Part shown: piece after piece, positions 49,557-59,439 of the stretch
Numbering within the stretch: position 1 is the stretch's first letter
How the letters are laid out: every line of letters begins with the position of its first letter
Virus record (IMG/VR): IMGVR_UViG_3300025141_016305
Coordinates: 111,012-175,011 of that record
Direction: 5' to 3' (one strand)
Source: a virus
Length of the DNA: 64,000 nucleotides
Notes under the pieces: generated by a model
The model's input: the letters and a program-made list of their open reading frames with translations, nothing else
Told to the model about the DNA's origin: nothing
The model's database searches: none
Position numbers and translations under genes: made by a program

Positions 49557-50555
49557 TTACTTGGCCCACTTCTTAACTAAGTCTTCATAAAGATTGGCAT
49601 TTCTTTTAGAAAATCTAGATTCATAAAGGTTTTCTTCCCTTTCAGGTGTCCCATTCAATTCACTCGAAAAGTTATCCTCCTCGATAGAATCTTCGGATTC
49701 ACCCTCTTCTGTTATAGAATCCTCTTCTTCCTCATCTAGTCTGCGTCCACCGGCATCTCGCCCGGCAACGCGGTCGGGAATATCAGTTTTGCTCTGCTCT
49801 TCTAAATCTTCTTCCTCTTCGAGAGTTTCTTTGTCTCCTCGATCGCCGTCAATAATCTCTAAGGCCGCGCGCATTACATCGACTAACTCTTGCTGGCTTA
49901 AACCACTGAGAGAAACGGGACTCTCCCCCTCTTTTGGCCCATCACCCCAGCCACTTTCTGCTTCTTCGGGAGATAATTCGCTCTCCCATCCTCCCGGGGT
50001 CTCAACAGAATCCGCCTCAGTTTCTCCGCCTCCTGGGGGCTCCTCTTCATCGGCATGTAATTCAGACACTTTCTGTTCTAAAATTTTTCGAATCATCTCT
50101 TTAAGAGATTCTTTCGTATTCTTGTCGGTCATTTGTTTGTTCTCCTTTAACAGTTTCGACTCTTGCATTGTAAATTTTTCATTGTCTTCCCAATCTCGAA
50201 AACACATGTTACCAATTAAATAGGCCTCTTCTTCCATTTTGCGCATGTGGGGGTTTTCCTGCGCGTATTTGTCAGTCATCTGGCCACATTTGTCTGGTGA
50301 TAGATCTCCTCTGAGATTTTGAGTGTGATGAACCAATTCGTGGGCAAAAGATCTTAAAATATCTTTTGGATGCCGCCCGGTAATAAAGATGGTTATAGCT
50401 TTGTTTTGGGGATCATAGTGAGCAGTACTTCCTAAGAATCCTTTTGAGTTTTCAGCATCTTGTTTTAGGAAGAGTCTAGGAGGATAATCAAAGCCCATTT
50501 TGTTTTTAGCAAAGTTGGTAAATTTGCCCAATAATGGCTTAAGTTGATCAATCAT
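49557..50555 (-). CDS. HExxH metallopeptidase-like N-domain with acidic C-terminal region
   Basis: TAHYDP, RHPKDILRSFAHELVHH.Q, MEEEA. Confidence 0.65.
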   Translation of the reverse strand: MIDQLKPLLGKFTNFAKNKMGFDYPPRLFLKQDAENSKGFLGSTAHYDPQNKAITIFITGRHPKDILRSFAHELVHHTQNLRGDLSPDKCGQMTDKYAQENPHMRKMEEEAYLIGNMCFRDWEDNEKFTMQESKLLKENKQMTDKNTKESLKEMIRKILEQKVSELHADEEEPPGGGETEADSVETPGGWESELSPEEAESGWGDGPKEGESPVSLSGLSQQELVDVMRAALEIIDGDRGDKETLEEEEDLEEQSKTDIPDRVAGRDAGGRRLDEEEEDSITEEGESEDSIEEDNFSSELNGTPEREENLYESRFSKRNANLYEDLVKKWAK

Positions 50556-50611
50556 TACAAAAAACCTCTAAAAATAAATAGTTTTATTAGCTTTGATCTC
50601 CAATAAAAGTT

Positions 50612-51619
50612 TTAAATGAACTCTTTATCGCCCGAAAACATGATTTCTATATCCGGGGTGATCTCTGTTTGAATTTTGGTTGTTAGCCAGAACTCCATGT
50701 CTGCTCTATTTTTGAATTGGTATAAGCTTGGTCCATCGAACGCGCACCAACTATCAACTTGTTCCAAAACATCCATTTTATTAAAAACAATATTATTTAT
50801 TCCGTTGATCCTCGAAGCCATTTTTAACATGTCAAAATCTAACCAGTTTATTTGCCGGGGCCGCCCGGTTGTGGAACCGAACTCTTCTCCAGCCTCTCTG
50901 ATATCTTCAAAAATAGGATCCTCTCCTTCGAATTTCTTGGCGCCAACATATGTTTCATAAATTTTAGCCACACCCCAAACATCTCTTATCGCTTTTGGGG
51001 GGACGCCATTTAAAATAGCAGAACCAACCGTACAGTGTGAGGAGGTAACATAAGGGTAATCGCCCCAATCAACATCTAGGCCAAATCCCTGTGCACCCTC
51101 AAATAGTATTTCTAATTCATCTGGATCATTATCTTCATAAAGTTCTTCGTACAAGTTAATTAAAAATTTCTGTAATCTTGGATCTTCAAATGCGCGCACT
51201 CCACGTCGCGCGTATTTATCCCTATAAGCGGGCCCGTTACCTCTTTTGGTTGTTCCTATTTCTTCATCTTTCTTGTCTTCTGCTCTGTGAAAATCCGTAA
51301 TAATATGAGCATTGGTGGATACAAATATTAAACCTTCTGTTGATATTCCGTTTTCTTCTAATTCTTCAATTTCTTTTAGGAATGTATCGACGTGGATTAC
51401 ACACCCAGGCCCAATAACTGATTTTATTCCATAAAAAACACCACAAGGAATATGGTGCGTTACAAACTTCTTACCATCATGAAAGATAGTATGCCCAGCA
51501 TTGCACCCTCCATTATATCTTATTACATGTGTATAATTATTGCCGCTACAAAGAGCGTGCGCAATCTTACCTTTTCCGCAGTCTCCATATTGCAAATCCA
51601 CAACAACATCAGCAATCAT
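50612..51619 (-). CDS. purA: Adenylosuccinate synthetase (short form)
   Basis: QYGDCGKGK, RYNGGCNAGHT, GTTKRGNGPAYRDK, EGAQG..LD, YPYVTSS, EFGSTTGRPR. Confidence 0.95.
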   Translation of the reverse strand: MIADVVVDLQYGDCGKGKIAHALCSGNNYTHVIRYNGGCNAGHTIFHDGKKFVTHHIPCGVFYGIKSVIGPGCVIHVDTFLKEIEELEENGISTEGLIFVSTNAHIITDFHRAEDKKDEEIGTTKRGNGPAYRDKYARRGVRAFEDPRLQKFLINLYEELYEDNDPDELEILFEGAQGFGLDVDWGDYPYVTSSHCTVGSAILNGVPPKAIRDVWGVAKIYETYVGAKKFEGEDPIFEDIREAGEEFGSTTGRPRQINWLDFDMLKMASRINGINNIVFNKMDVLEQVDSWCAFDGPSLYQFKNRADMEFWLTTKIQTEITPDIEIMFSGDKEFI

Positions 51620-51659
51620 ATTAACTCCTTTTGATTACTCTATGATTATACAGCAATGA

Positions 51660-51851
51660 TTACTTGTTTTTTAGTTTTCTTCTGGCTAATTGAGGGTTTC
51701 TTGCGACCATTTCTAAGTCGGTTTGCAAATCATTGATTCTTGAGGTGATTTCTATATACTGTGTCTTTCTTTTTTTTTCTTTTAAAAAAGAAAAAAAGGC
51801 AAAAACAATAAGACCTGTATAAAATAATATTTGATTAATATCGTATTCCAT
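51660..51851 (-). CDS. Small membrane protein
   Basis: 63 aa, one TM helix followed by a basic tail. Confidence 0.55.
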   Translation of the reverse strand: MEYDINQILFYTGLIVFAFFSFLKEKKRKTQYIEITSRINDLQTDLEMVARNPQLARRKLKNK

Positions 51852-51854
51852 TTT

Positions 51855-52133
51855 TTATTCCTTTTTTTCGTACTCTTCATCCCATGGTGCTGGTGCATCA
51901 TCATCCAATAACTTTTCCACTGAGGAGAGTGGATGATCATCATACTTTAAGTAATCTGAATCTTGATTATTCTTAAAATACTCATTGACTTCCTCTATAT
52001 TTTCATTTGTATTAGCATAAAGGGCTTTTAGATATTTTTTGGCTTTTTCTGCACTTGTAGAGCATCCAACTTTCTCCCCTAGCTTTTTACCTTTTTTCTT
52101 ATACACGCATTTTCCTTTTCTTTTATATGGCAT
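51855..52133 (-). CDS. Small protein with basic N-terminus
   Basis: MPYKRKGKCVYKK...GCSTSAEKAKKYLKALYAN. Confidence 0.6.
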   Translation of the reverse strand: MPYKRKGKCVYKKKGKKLGEKVGCSTSAEKAKKYLKALYANTNENIEEVNEYFKNNQDSDYLKYDDHPLSSVEKLLDDDAPAPWDEEYEKKE

Positions 52134-52143
52134 AGTTTTTATC

Positions 52144-52953
52144 CTATTTTAAATAATTATTCCAAACTTTGTTAAAATTTAAATTTAAATTATTGCTTGA
52201 TTCTAGTTTTATTGACATCATTTTATCATAAGATTGTATTTTTAATGTAGAAAGTTTATGAAGCAAATTTGCATTTCTAAGCATCTTAAAAGCTAGATTT
52301 TCTGGAGAATATATCCCCTCTTTGGATAATCCTGTCGTTCGCATTCTAGATATCTTTAATTTTAACTTCGAAGCATATCCATAGGCCTCTTTGAATTTTG
52401 ATTTTTGAAAAAGTTCCGATATGTGATCGATCGAATTCGAAATACCAAGTGCCTTCTTTTCAGTTGTATTTAAATCAATATCTACTTCTTCTGTTTTCGG
52501 CTCTTTGATCCACCTCTCTCTCATTAGGGACCAAATTCCCTTGCTCATATGATCCTCGTTGGTATCTTGAAAGTAAAGTTCAACTTCTTTACCGTCAATG
52601 GTTATATTGTGTGTTTTATTCCAATTTATTCTCGATTGATCGAGCATTCTTTTTACTAAATCATAGTTTTCATCAATTTTTGTAAAATCAAAAAGAATAT
52701 GAAGATCTATATCCGATAAGTCATGCCAATTGTATGAAGCAATAGAACCTGTAATGATAATATCATCAATATCCACATCTATTTCCATGGAATTGATGAT
52801 TTCATCAGCGATTTTCATTAATTTTCTTGCTACGATTGTATTGAGCCTGTTGTTTTGCCAAAATTTTGGATACAAATTTGGCCTTGGTTTAAGTCTAGCT
52901 AATTCCAAACCAGAAAAAGTATTAATTTTATCATGTATATTTAAATTAATCAT
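52144..52953 (-). CDS. Pol-beta superfamily nucleotidyltransferase
   Basis: ITGSIASYNW..LSDIDLH (GS..DxD), VELYFQD, ENLAFK.LR. Confidence 0.78.
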   Translation of the reverse strand: MINLNIHDKINTFSGLELARLKPRPNLYPKFWQNNRLNTIVARKLMKIADEIINSMEIDVDIDDIIITGSIASYNWHDLSDIDLHILFDFTKIDENYDLVKRMLDQSRINWNKTHNITIDGKEVELYFQDTNEDHMSKGIWSLMRERWIKEPKTEEVDIDLNTTEKKALGISNSIDHISELFQKSKFKEAYGYASKLKLKISRMRTTGLSKEGIYSPENLAFKMLRNANLLHKLSTLKIQSYDKMMSIKLESSNNLNLNFNKVWNNYLK

Positions 52954-53359
52954 TTTCTTTCTCCAACACCATTAATACTATTTTTCGATATTTATTCCTC
53001 TTATTCTTAATTTTTAAGCTTTTTTTACTCAAAAAAGTATAAGCTGTATGTTCTTTGCTTAATTTTATTGGTTGGGAATCGTATTTTGCCTTAAAAAAGT
53101 GTGTTTTTCCTATTTTTGTGACAAAAATAGGGTCTCTAACTGTCAAATTAGTTTCTTCTAAGACCTCCCGGGCAAGACCATCTAGGAGAGATTCATTTCT
53201 CTTGAGATGACCACCAGGCAGATCCCATTCTCCTGGGTATTTTTTATTTTTGGTCGATCTCTTAAGAAAAAGCGCTCTATCTTCCTCATCGACCAGAATT
53301 ATCTTTGCAACTGTTGATACATCGTCAGACATAATTTTTATTTTTACTCTTATAATCAT
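52946..53359 (-). CDS. NUDIX hydrolase
   Basis: WDLPGGHLKRNESLLDGLAREVLEETNL (Nudix box). Confidence 0.92.
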   Translation of the reverse strand: MIIRVKIKIMSDDVSTVAKIILVDEEDRALFLKRSTKNKKYPGEWDLPGGHLKRNESLLDGLAREVLEETNLTVRDPIFVTKIGKTHFFKAKYDSQPIKLSKEHTAYTFLSKKSLKIKNKRNKYRKIVLMVLEKEND

Positions 53360-53384
53360 AAACCAGTATTAACTAGTTGTTGTC

Positions 53385-53753
53385 CTATATATTCTCCGAT
53401 AGTAGTTTTCCGTCCTTATAGATTTGCATATAAGCAGTACATCCAGTCATCATAATTTTATCTTGCATTTCGAAAGCATCAATGATGTCATCAAAAACCA
53501 TGGTCGCTGCCTTACCATTATATGTTACAGTTTGATTCAAACGTATTCCGCATTCTTCTAAAAAATCATAATGATTTTTAACATCCCATATAACTAAAAC
53601 ATTATCAATTACATGAAAAGACTCAATCCACACATCCATCATATCTTCCAGGCTTACGGAATAAACATTAAAGCCTTTTCTTTTTGTTTTTTTGTTGTTT
53701 TCTTTTCTTGTCGTCATTTTGAGTGCCTGTCTGCTATTGACTGTGAGGCCCAA
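53385..53753 (-). CDS. Hypothetical protein
   Basis: ORF co-oriented; probable start MTTRK near 53717. Confidence 0.55.
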   Translation of the reverse strand: MGLTVNSRQALKMTTRKENNKKTKRKGFNVYSVSLEDMMDVWIESFHVIDNVLVIWDVKNHYDFLEECGIRLNQTVTYNGKAATMVFDDIIDAFEMQDKIMMTGCTAYMQIYKDGKLLSENI

Positions 53754-54199
53754 GCGTTAGGTTTTAAGCGGCAAGAGAGCCCATACCCTTGCACATACCC
53801 TCTCATCATGTCGGAAAGCCTAGACGTCCCGTTATTGGCGGAGAAAGGAGACACATCTAGATGTAATTCTATATCTTCACAATTAAAATCATAATCTGTC
53901 ATTAATTTTTCAGCTAACTCTACAGATCTTCTAGTTTCTTCTGTAATTCTTATTGTTAATTGATTGTGGATATTTTTTGGCACCTTTTCTCTGTAGAAGA
54001 AATACCTTCCACCATCAAGCCCGCCATGAAGACAAAGGGTGGTTGCAAAAGTAGTTTTCTTACCAGAAACGAAAGAATCAGAACCTATAAAGATGCGTGA
54101 CCCGCGGGTGACATAATCCCGGACCATTTCTATTACATCTAAAAAATTAATATTTTCGCTTGAACCTGTTATCCATTTTTTTTGATCTAAATCATCCAT
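53714..54199 (-). CDS. RNase H-like YkuK (DUF458) family protein
   Basis: IFIGSDS, RITEETRRS, ELHLDV, KPNAWASQSIADRHSK. Confidence 0.85.
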   Translation of the reverse strand: MDDLDQKKWITGSSENINFLDVIEMVRDYVTRGSRIFIGSDSFVSGKKTTFATTLCLHGGLDGGRYFFYREKVPKNIHNQLTIRITEETRRSVELAEKLMTDYDFNCEDIELHLDVSPFSANNGTSRLSDMMRGYVQGYGLSCRLKPNAWASQSIADRHSK

Positions 54200-54211
54200 A
54201 TAAAAATGTTA

Positions 54212-57200
54212 TCATACATTTTGTTGTTTTTCTCTAGCTTCTTTTAGTTTTCGGAGTATTTCTTCGCCAACAGATTGATTTTGACCAGCTAAGTCCAGGA
54301 CATCTTCAAAAAGTTCCAAATCTTGAACCAAAATTTTAGCAACCGTTATAGCTGTTTCCCGAGAGGTATCTCTTGTAAGGTCAATTGAAAATGATTTCCA
54401 TTCTTCTGTATAATCATCTTTTGGAGCTTCCTCTTCTCTAGCTGAGGAACCATACGGGTACGGTGTATAGCCTTTGCCACTGTTTTCTGTTAAAACTTCC
54501 ATAACTATTTTTTCTAAATCTTTTTTATTCATTTCTTGTATTCCTTGTTTAGTTTTTTTAACAATTGCTTTGTCGGCATCTGGTCTTATTTTTTTTGGTT
54601 CTGGCTTCATCGGCGCGCCTATTATTTTATTAGCATAATCTGGATCTTTTTTTGGATTTTTCTTTGACCGATATTTCTCGTAAAATTTTGTGCGATTTTG
54701 AAAATATGTGTCCAACATTGCTCTAGAATCCGGAAGAAGCGCACCTGCAACCACGCTTGCTCCTATCTTATTTGCGATTTCACCCCATCCTCCACCAACT
54801 CCTTGTTGATAAGCATATAATATGATTCTAGCTTTTTCGTCATCTGAGGCCACATCCCACATAGCTTTAGCATATTTGTTCTTTTTATTTTTTTCTGTTA
54901 TGTAATTCTGTACTAGTCCTAGATACTGTGGAATGCCATTAATAGATTTCATCGCGTTAAATGCATCAAAGTCTGGATCTACTTTGTCAGTAAGGTCTTG
55001 TCTCGCCCTGGCTTTGTGTTGGCCTAAACCCCAAGCCGATGCTGGAGAAACTGAGCGAGGATTCCAGGCGCTTTCTGCTTTTATTAACTTTAAAATAAAC
55101 TTTTTGCTTTTTAATGGCCCGGGCAAATCTTTCAAATCCTTAAATTTAGTGTTTTGAACGTATTGTTTTATTAACTTTATATTTTCATTTGAACTCTTTG
55201 GATCCAAAGTAAATTTTTTATTTTGAATAACTAAATCTAGTTGTCCCGGTGCACCGATTCTATACCGACCTCGAATTTCAGGTTTATCTAAGTTATAAGC
55301 CGCATATGCGTTCTGAGCATCTTCGGCTTTTTTTAGAGCGTACTTAACTCGTTCCTCTCCTTTTAAATTTTTTCCTGTTTCGTCAAAAAGAGCCTTCTTG
55401 TAAGCAGCATCGCCTACTTTTTTAAGATGTAACCGATCCGGCGCACCGATGGCCATAAATTCCGGATCATCTGGATCAAAGTCCATGTCGACAACATCTT
55501 CTGAATTGTTGCCTAGGTGATCACCGTCCCTATTTTCTTTTTGTTCAGGTAATGAAAATTTCATTTTTTTATAAACCTCCTTTTCTAGCGATGCATGCTT
55601 GTCTATTATATTGACAACTGAACCATCAACTATCTCCGATGTCTTTTTTGATGTATCATTCTTTCGTTTCGCCTTTGTTGCATCTCTTTGTAGTGTTTCA
55701 TTAATTATGTTTGGATCTTTTCTTCTTTTTAATAATTCTTTTTTTGTTAATAAAAAAGCTTGATCATCTGAAATGATCATCTCCAATACGACTGGCCGAA
55801 TATAATTTTGAAGAATTTTTTGAAAATCTTTTCCTTCAGCAAATAAAAATTCTGCCAAATTAAGATCTTTCTCATCATATCTTGGATCTTCTTTCATCGT
55901 CCTTTTGAAATATGAATAAAACTGAGAAGATGTTATGTAAGTGTTTTCATGAAAATCAGGGAAAAGATTAAAAATATTACCACCTTCTAAGACAGCATTA
56001 TCATCAATATTCTCGCTTATTTGGTTAGAATTAAGAATTATTTCTTCCATCAAGAGGCTGTAATATATTCGGGCAATAAATTTTTTCGTAATCAAAGACT
56101 TTCCCTCTCCGCCCCAGAAATTACTTAAGTCTCCCCGGCCAATTTCACTTAACAAAGGGTAGCCGTAAGCAAAAATACCACTACCAGCCGCGGCTTGCCT
56201 CCAAACACCCCCTTCTAACAGGGTTCTACTAAACCCAATTCTTAGAAGTTTGGACGTTAATTTACTAACGCCTTCTATAGACTTGGCGCCTGCTCTAGCT
56301 GCAGTTCTAGGAATAACAAAATTATCGCTTCGTGGAACTCCCCTGGGCCATGTGTATCCGGTTAGTTTGCCCTCCATTGCATCATCGAGGCTTCCATACA
56401 CCTTCTTTGTCAAGGCTTTTTCTAGTTTATCAGCATTTTTACGCATAAAATGCCCCTCTTCAACAAGATTTTCCGCAGATTTTTGCAAAGTTATAATGGT
56501 TGTATCAATATTTGATTTATTTGATCTAATAATTTCAGTCTCATCTTTAAGAGAATTTATTTTCTTTATAATAAAATCTTTGTTATTTTCTAATTCATTT
56601 ATAATTTCATCGCGTGCGGTGGCATTTGGTACGGGCAACCTAGGGGACCCAAGTCGAGGACGCATACCACTTCCAGTTCTTGCCGCGGCAAACGAATCAA
56701 GCATAGCTTCTTTTATTTCTTCAAATATTTCTTCACCACTCCGGATCGAAGATGGAGCCATATGGCTCTGGGAGTATTTTAAAACTACTGACCCTACTCT
56801 GTCACTAATTTCATTTTCAAGGGGTCTCCGCTGGGCTGCTCTTTGTGCTTTTCTGGACCCGGCACCCAGACCTATAGCTGGCTCAATGTCGGGAAATCGA
56901 TGAGACTTAAACATTATATCATTTAATTTGTTAAATAATTGTTTTTCATTTCTTTGTAACTTTTTAACACTTTTATTCAATGCTCGTACATATGGCTTCG
57001 ACGCCTTTGCTGCCATAGTGCCAATGCGCTCGACAAATATCTTTGAAAAGTTTCCAATATTTGTGTTGTTAGCTGTTTTGGCTAGCTTTCTTACTGATTC
57101 CGCCTCTCTCTTTAGCGTATTTACTATTGGAACCAATTCACTAGACACAAGATCTGCTAAATCGTCAAAATACTTAGCAGTAGTTTCGTTTAGTTTCTCG

Positions 57201-58678
57201 ACCATTAGCCCAGCTTGTTTTACAACTTCTTCTGGCAAGCCCATCTCATCAAGTTTTCCTACAAGCTCAGGGCTTGGATTGAACATCCTATCAGCGTTTC
57301 TGTTTATTCCGTTTATTTTTGCATCGTCTATAACTTTGCCAAACCAATTTACCAGATCTGTTTTCTGCTCAGAGCTAAGAGCACTGAATGGTCGACGAGA
57401 AAATCTATTATTTATCCAAGCTATGGTTGGTCGAATAATACCATCAATATCAATGCTTTGATGCACCGCTTTCCAGTCTATATTTTTTAAATTTTTATCT
57501 ATAGCCTTGCCCCATCGGCCACTTTTCAAAGCATCTGTAATAGATCCTCGAAAATCTTTGTTTTTTAAGAAATTATACGAAAAATAAGTCGGTGCTGAGA
57601 CTGTTGCGGCACCGACGCCTAAAATTGAACCTATCATGACTCTTTTTATTGCACAGCGCATGTCCCCGGGGGTTCTTCCGGACAAACCCTTTGCTAAATA
57701 CTCTAATGTAACAGCAGCACCAGTGAAAAGGCCACCCCTCAACAAAGCTTGAGATGTTTGCTGTACTCCAATCCCCCTGCCCGGGCGAGTTGCAAAAAAA
57801 GCAAAAACACTCATTCCTGATGCCCCTGTCGCTGCCCAATCACCATCCGTAGCATAAAAAGCGCCACCCCCGGCTGCAGCCCCAGCAACTGTGCCAAATA
57901 TCTTTGATGTAACTACATCACCGAGACCTGCAGCACCTCGAACTGGCAAAGATGTGCTGCTTCTATAAATTCTATTCAAATAAGACTGCAATCTATTAAA
58001 TAACCCGCCAGATTTTAAAGTACCGCCAGCAGCAGTAATTGCTGCCAAACCCAAGTTCGCCCCAGTTGAATATTGAAAGGCTGCAACCAGCGCATCAATA
58101 GCACCATGAACATTTTCAATTTTTCTATAATCATTATCACATGGCAATTCAACTTTAGCATTTCCACTAGCGGACATCCCGGTGAGTATATTAGGCAAAG
58201 CCAATTGCAATTTCTCTTCTAATTCTCTAATAATTTCTGGACGCTCTAATTCCCGCTGTTTTGGTGTTGGGCTGACTAGAGTAACGGGCACTATATTTTT
58301 TGATTTTTCACTTTGTTCTAAACCTTTTATTAAATCAAAAAGTGTTTTTCTACTATCTCCATAAACTATTGTAATCGATCTCAAGTCAGATTGAGATGTT
58401 TTTTGATTAAGCCATATATAATATTGACGCAATTGACCATTTATTGCTTCTATAGCTTGTGCTTCGCTAGAGCCACGAGGTATTATCTTTTTTAATTCTG
58501 TTTGCCTACCAGAAGAATCTTGAATAACTATAACTTTATTTAACCTATCAGATTTAGAATCTTGATTCATCTCTGGGAACCAATCAATCTCATCTTTTGT
58601 TACAATTTGCTCAAGAAAAGACTTAAGTATGTCTCCATATCTTTTTTTAGTTTCCTGTTCTAAAATTTTAGCTATCAT
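54212..58678 (-). CDS. 1488-aa protein with Gly/Ala hydrophobic segments and an SLT lytic transglycosylase domain; probable virion ejection protein
   Basis: IKAESAWNPRSVSPASAWGLGQ (catalytic ES, GLxQ), AYQQG; hydrophobic Gly-rich region at aa ~190-370. Confidence 0.75.
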   Translation of the reverse strand: MIAKILEQETKKRYGDILKSFLEQIVTKDEIDWFPEMNQDSKSDRLNKVIVIQDSSGRQTELKKIIPRGSSEAQAIEAINGQLRQYYIWLNQKTSQSDLRSITIVYGDSRKTLFDLIKGLEQSEKSKNIVPVTLVSPTPKQRELERPEIIRELEEKLQLALPNILTGMSASGNAKVELPCDNDYRKIENVHGAIDALVAAFQYSTGANLGLAAITAAGGTLKSGGLFNRLQSYLNRIYRSSTSLPVRGAAGLGDVVTSKIFGTVAGAAAGGGAFYATDGDWAATGASGMSVFAFFATRPGRGIGVQQTSQALLRGGLFTGAAVTLEYLAKGLSGRTPGDMRCAIKRVMIGSILGVGAATVSAPTYFSYNFLKNKDFRGSITDALKSGRWGKAIDKNLKNIDWKAVHQSIDIDGIIRPTIAWINNRFSRRPFSALSSEQKTDLVNWFGKVIDDAKINGINRNADRMFNPSPELVGKLDEMGLPEEVVKQAGLMVEKLNETTAKYFDDLADLVSSELVPIVNTLKREAESVRKLAKTANNTNIGNFSKIFVERIGTMAAKASKPYVRALNKSVKKLQRNEKQLFNKLNDIMFKSHRFPDIEPAIGLGAGSRKAQRAAQRRPLENEISDRVGSVVLKYSQSHMAPSSIRSGEEIFEEIKEAMLDSFAAARTGSGMRPRLGSPRLPVPNATARDEIINELENNKDFIIKKINSLKDETEIIRSNKSNIDTTIITLQKSAENLVEEGHFMRKNADKLEKALTKKVYGSLDDAMEGKLTGYTWPRGVPRSDNFVIPRTAARAGAKSIEGVSKLTSKLLRIGFSRTLLEGGVWRQAAAGSGIFAYGYPLLSEIGRGDLSNFWGGEGKSLITKKFIARIYYSLLMEEIILNSNQISENIDDNAVLEGGNIFNLFPDFHENTYITSSQFYSYFKRTMKEDPRYDEKDLNLAEFLFAEGKDFQKILQNYIRPVVLEMIISDDQAFLLTKKELLKRRKDPNIINETLQRDATKAKRKNDTSKKTSEIVDGSVVNIIDKHASLEKEVYKKMKFSLPEQKENRDGDHLGNNSEDVVDMDFDPDDPEFMAIGAPDRLHLKKVGDAAYKKALFDETGKNLKGEERVKYALKKAEDAQNAYAAYNLDKPEIRGRYRIGAPGQLDLVIQNKKFTLDPKSSNENIKLIKQYVQNTKFKDLKDLPGPLKSKKFILKLIKAESAWNPRSVSPASAWGLGQHKARARQDLTDKVDPDFDAFNAMKSINGIPQYLGLVQNYITEKNKKNKYAKAMWDVASDDEKARIILYAYQQGVGGGWGEIANKIGASVVAGALLPDSRAMLDTYFQNRTKFYEKYRSKKNPKKDPDYANKIIGAPMKPEPKKIRPDADKAIVKKTKQGIQEMNKKDLEKIVMEVLTENSGKGYTPYPYGSSAREEEAPKDDYTEEWKSFSIDLTRDTSRETAITVAKILVQDLELFEDVLDLAGQNQSVGEEILRKLKEAREKQQNV

Positions 58679-59439
58679 CTATCTATTGGTCTCCTCTTTT
58701 CACCCGGACTCACAATTCTAGTATCGGGAGCAGCGTCTTTGTTCAGTTGCTGATGCAATATCTTAACTATAGCTTGTGTATCAATTGGTTTATTATCTAT
58801 TGTCTTATCAACTTCAACTCTAACATGATTTCTTTTAATCTCGGGAGAGGGCCTGCTTGGTCCTTCATGGTATTGAACAATGTAACTAAAGTATCTGTAC
58901 GCATAAGGATCATCATTTTTAAATTTATCTATTTTTTCTACTTCGGCTCTTGACAAAAGTTTCACTCCCAGCATTTGAATATTACCAAATTCGTTAGTAT
59001 ACTGCACCATGTCATCGCCAAGAGATTCTATCTTCCCTGCATTCCATAATTCCTCTGACTGCTCTTCTGGTTGTTCTTCTGGTTTCTGATTAATTTGGTC
59101 GACCGTGCGAGGGTCCTCTTCTTCATCACCTAAATTTTGATCATCTACGTCTGGAAATTCATCTTTAACATCTTGAGTTCTTTTTTCTGTATCTTCGTCT
59201 CCACTCAGACCCGGGTCGTCCGCCCCGGTGGTAGTACCAGTGGGTGTCCCAGTAATGCTGCCTCCACCAGTATCGTCACCGCCGGCCAGCCCGATGCCAT
59301 CACCTTCTTCCGGTGAAGTAACTTGTATTAGCTTTGTAATTTTTCTTTTTTTCTTCCTCTCTTTCTCTTCCGCTAGAGACATCACTTCTTTGACTATATC
59401 AATTAGGTCCTTTTTCAGGAGTGTTTTTGTATCATTCAT
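58675..59439 (-). CDS. Acidic protein with shared leader
   Basis: LLKKDLIDIVKEVMS leader; D/E/G/T-rich linker. Confidence 0.7.
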   Translation of the reverse strand: MNDTKTLLKKDLIDIVKEVMSLAEEKERKKKRKITKLIQVTSPEEGDGIGLAGGDDTGGGSITGTPTGTTTGADDPGLSGDEDTEKRTQDVKDEFPDVDDQNLGDEEEDPRTVDQINQKPEEQPEEQSEELWNAGKIESLGDDMVQYTNEFGNIQMLGVKLLSRAEVEKIDKFKNDDPYAYRYFSYIVQYHEGPSRPSPEIKRNHVRVEVDKTIDNKPIDTQAIVKILHQQLNKDAAPDTRIVSPGEKRRPIDR

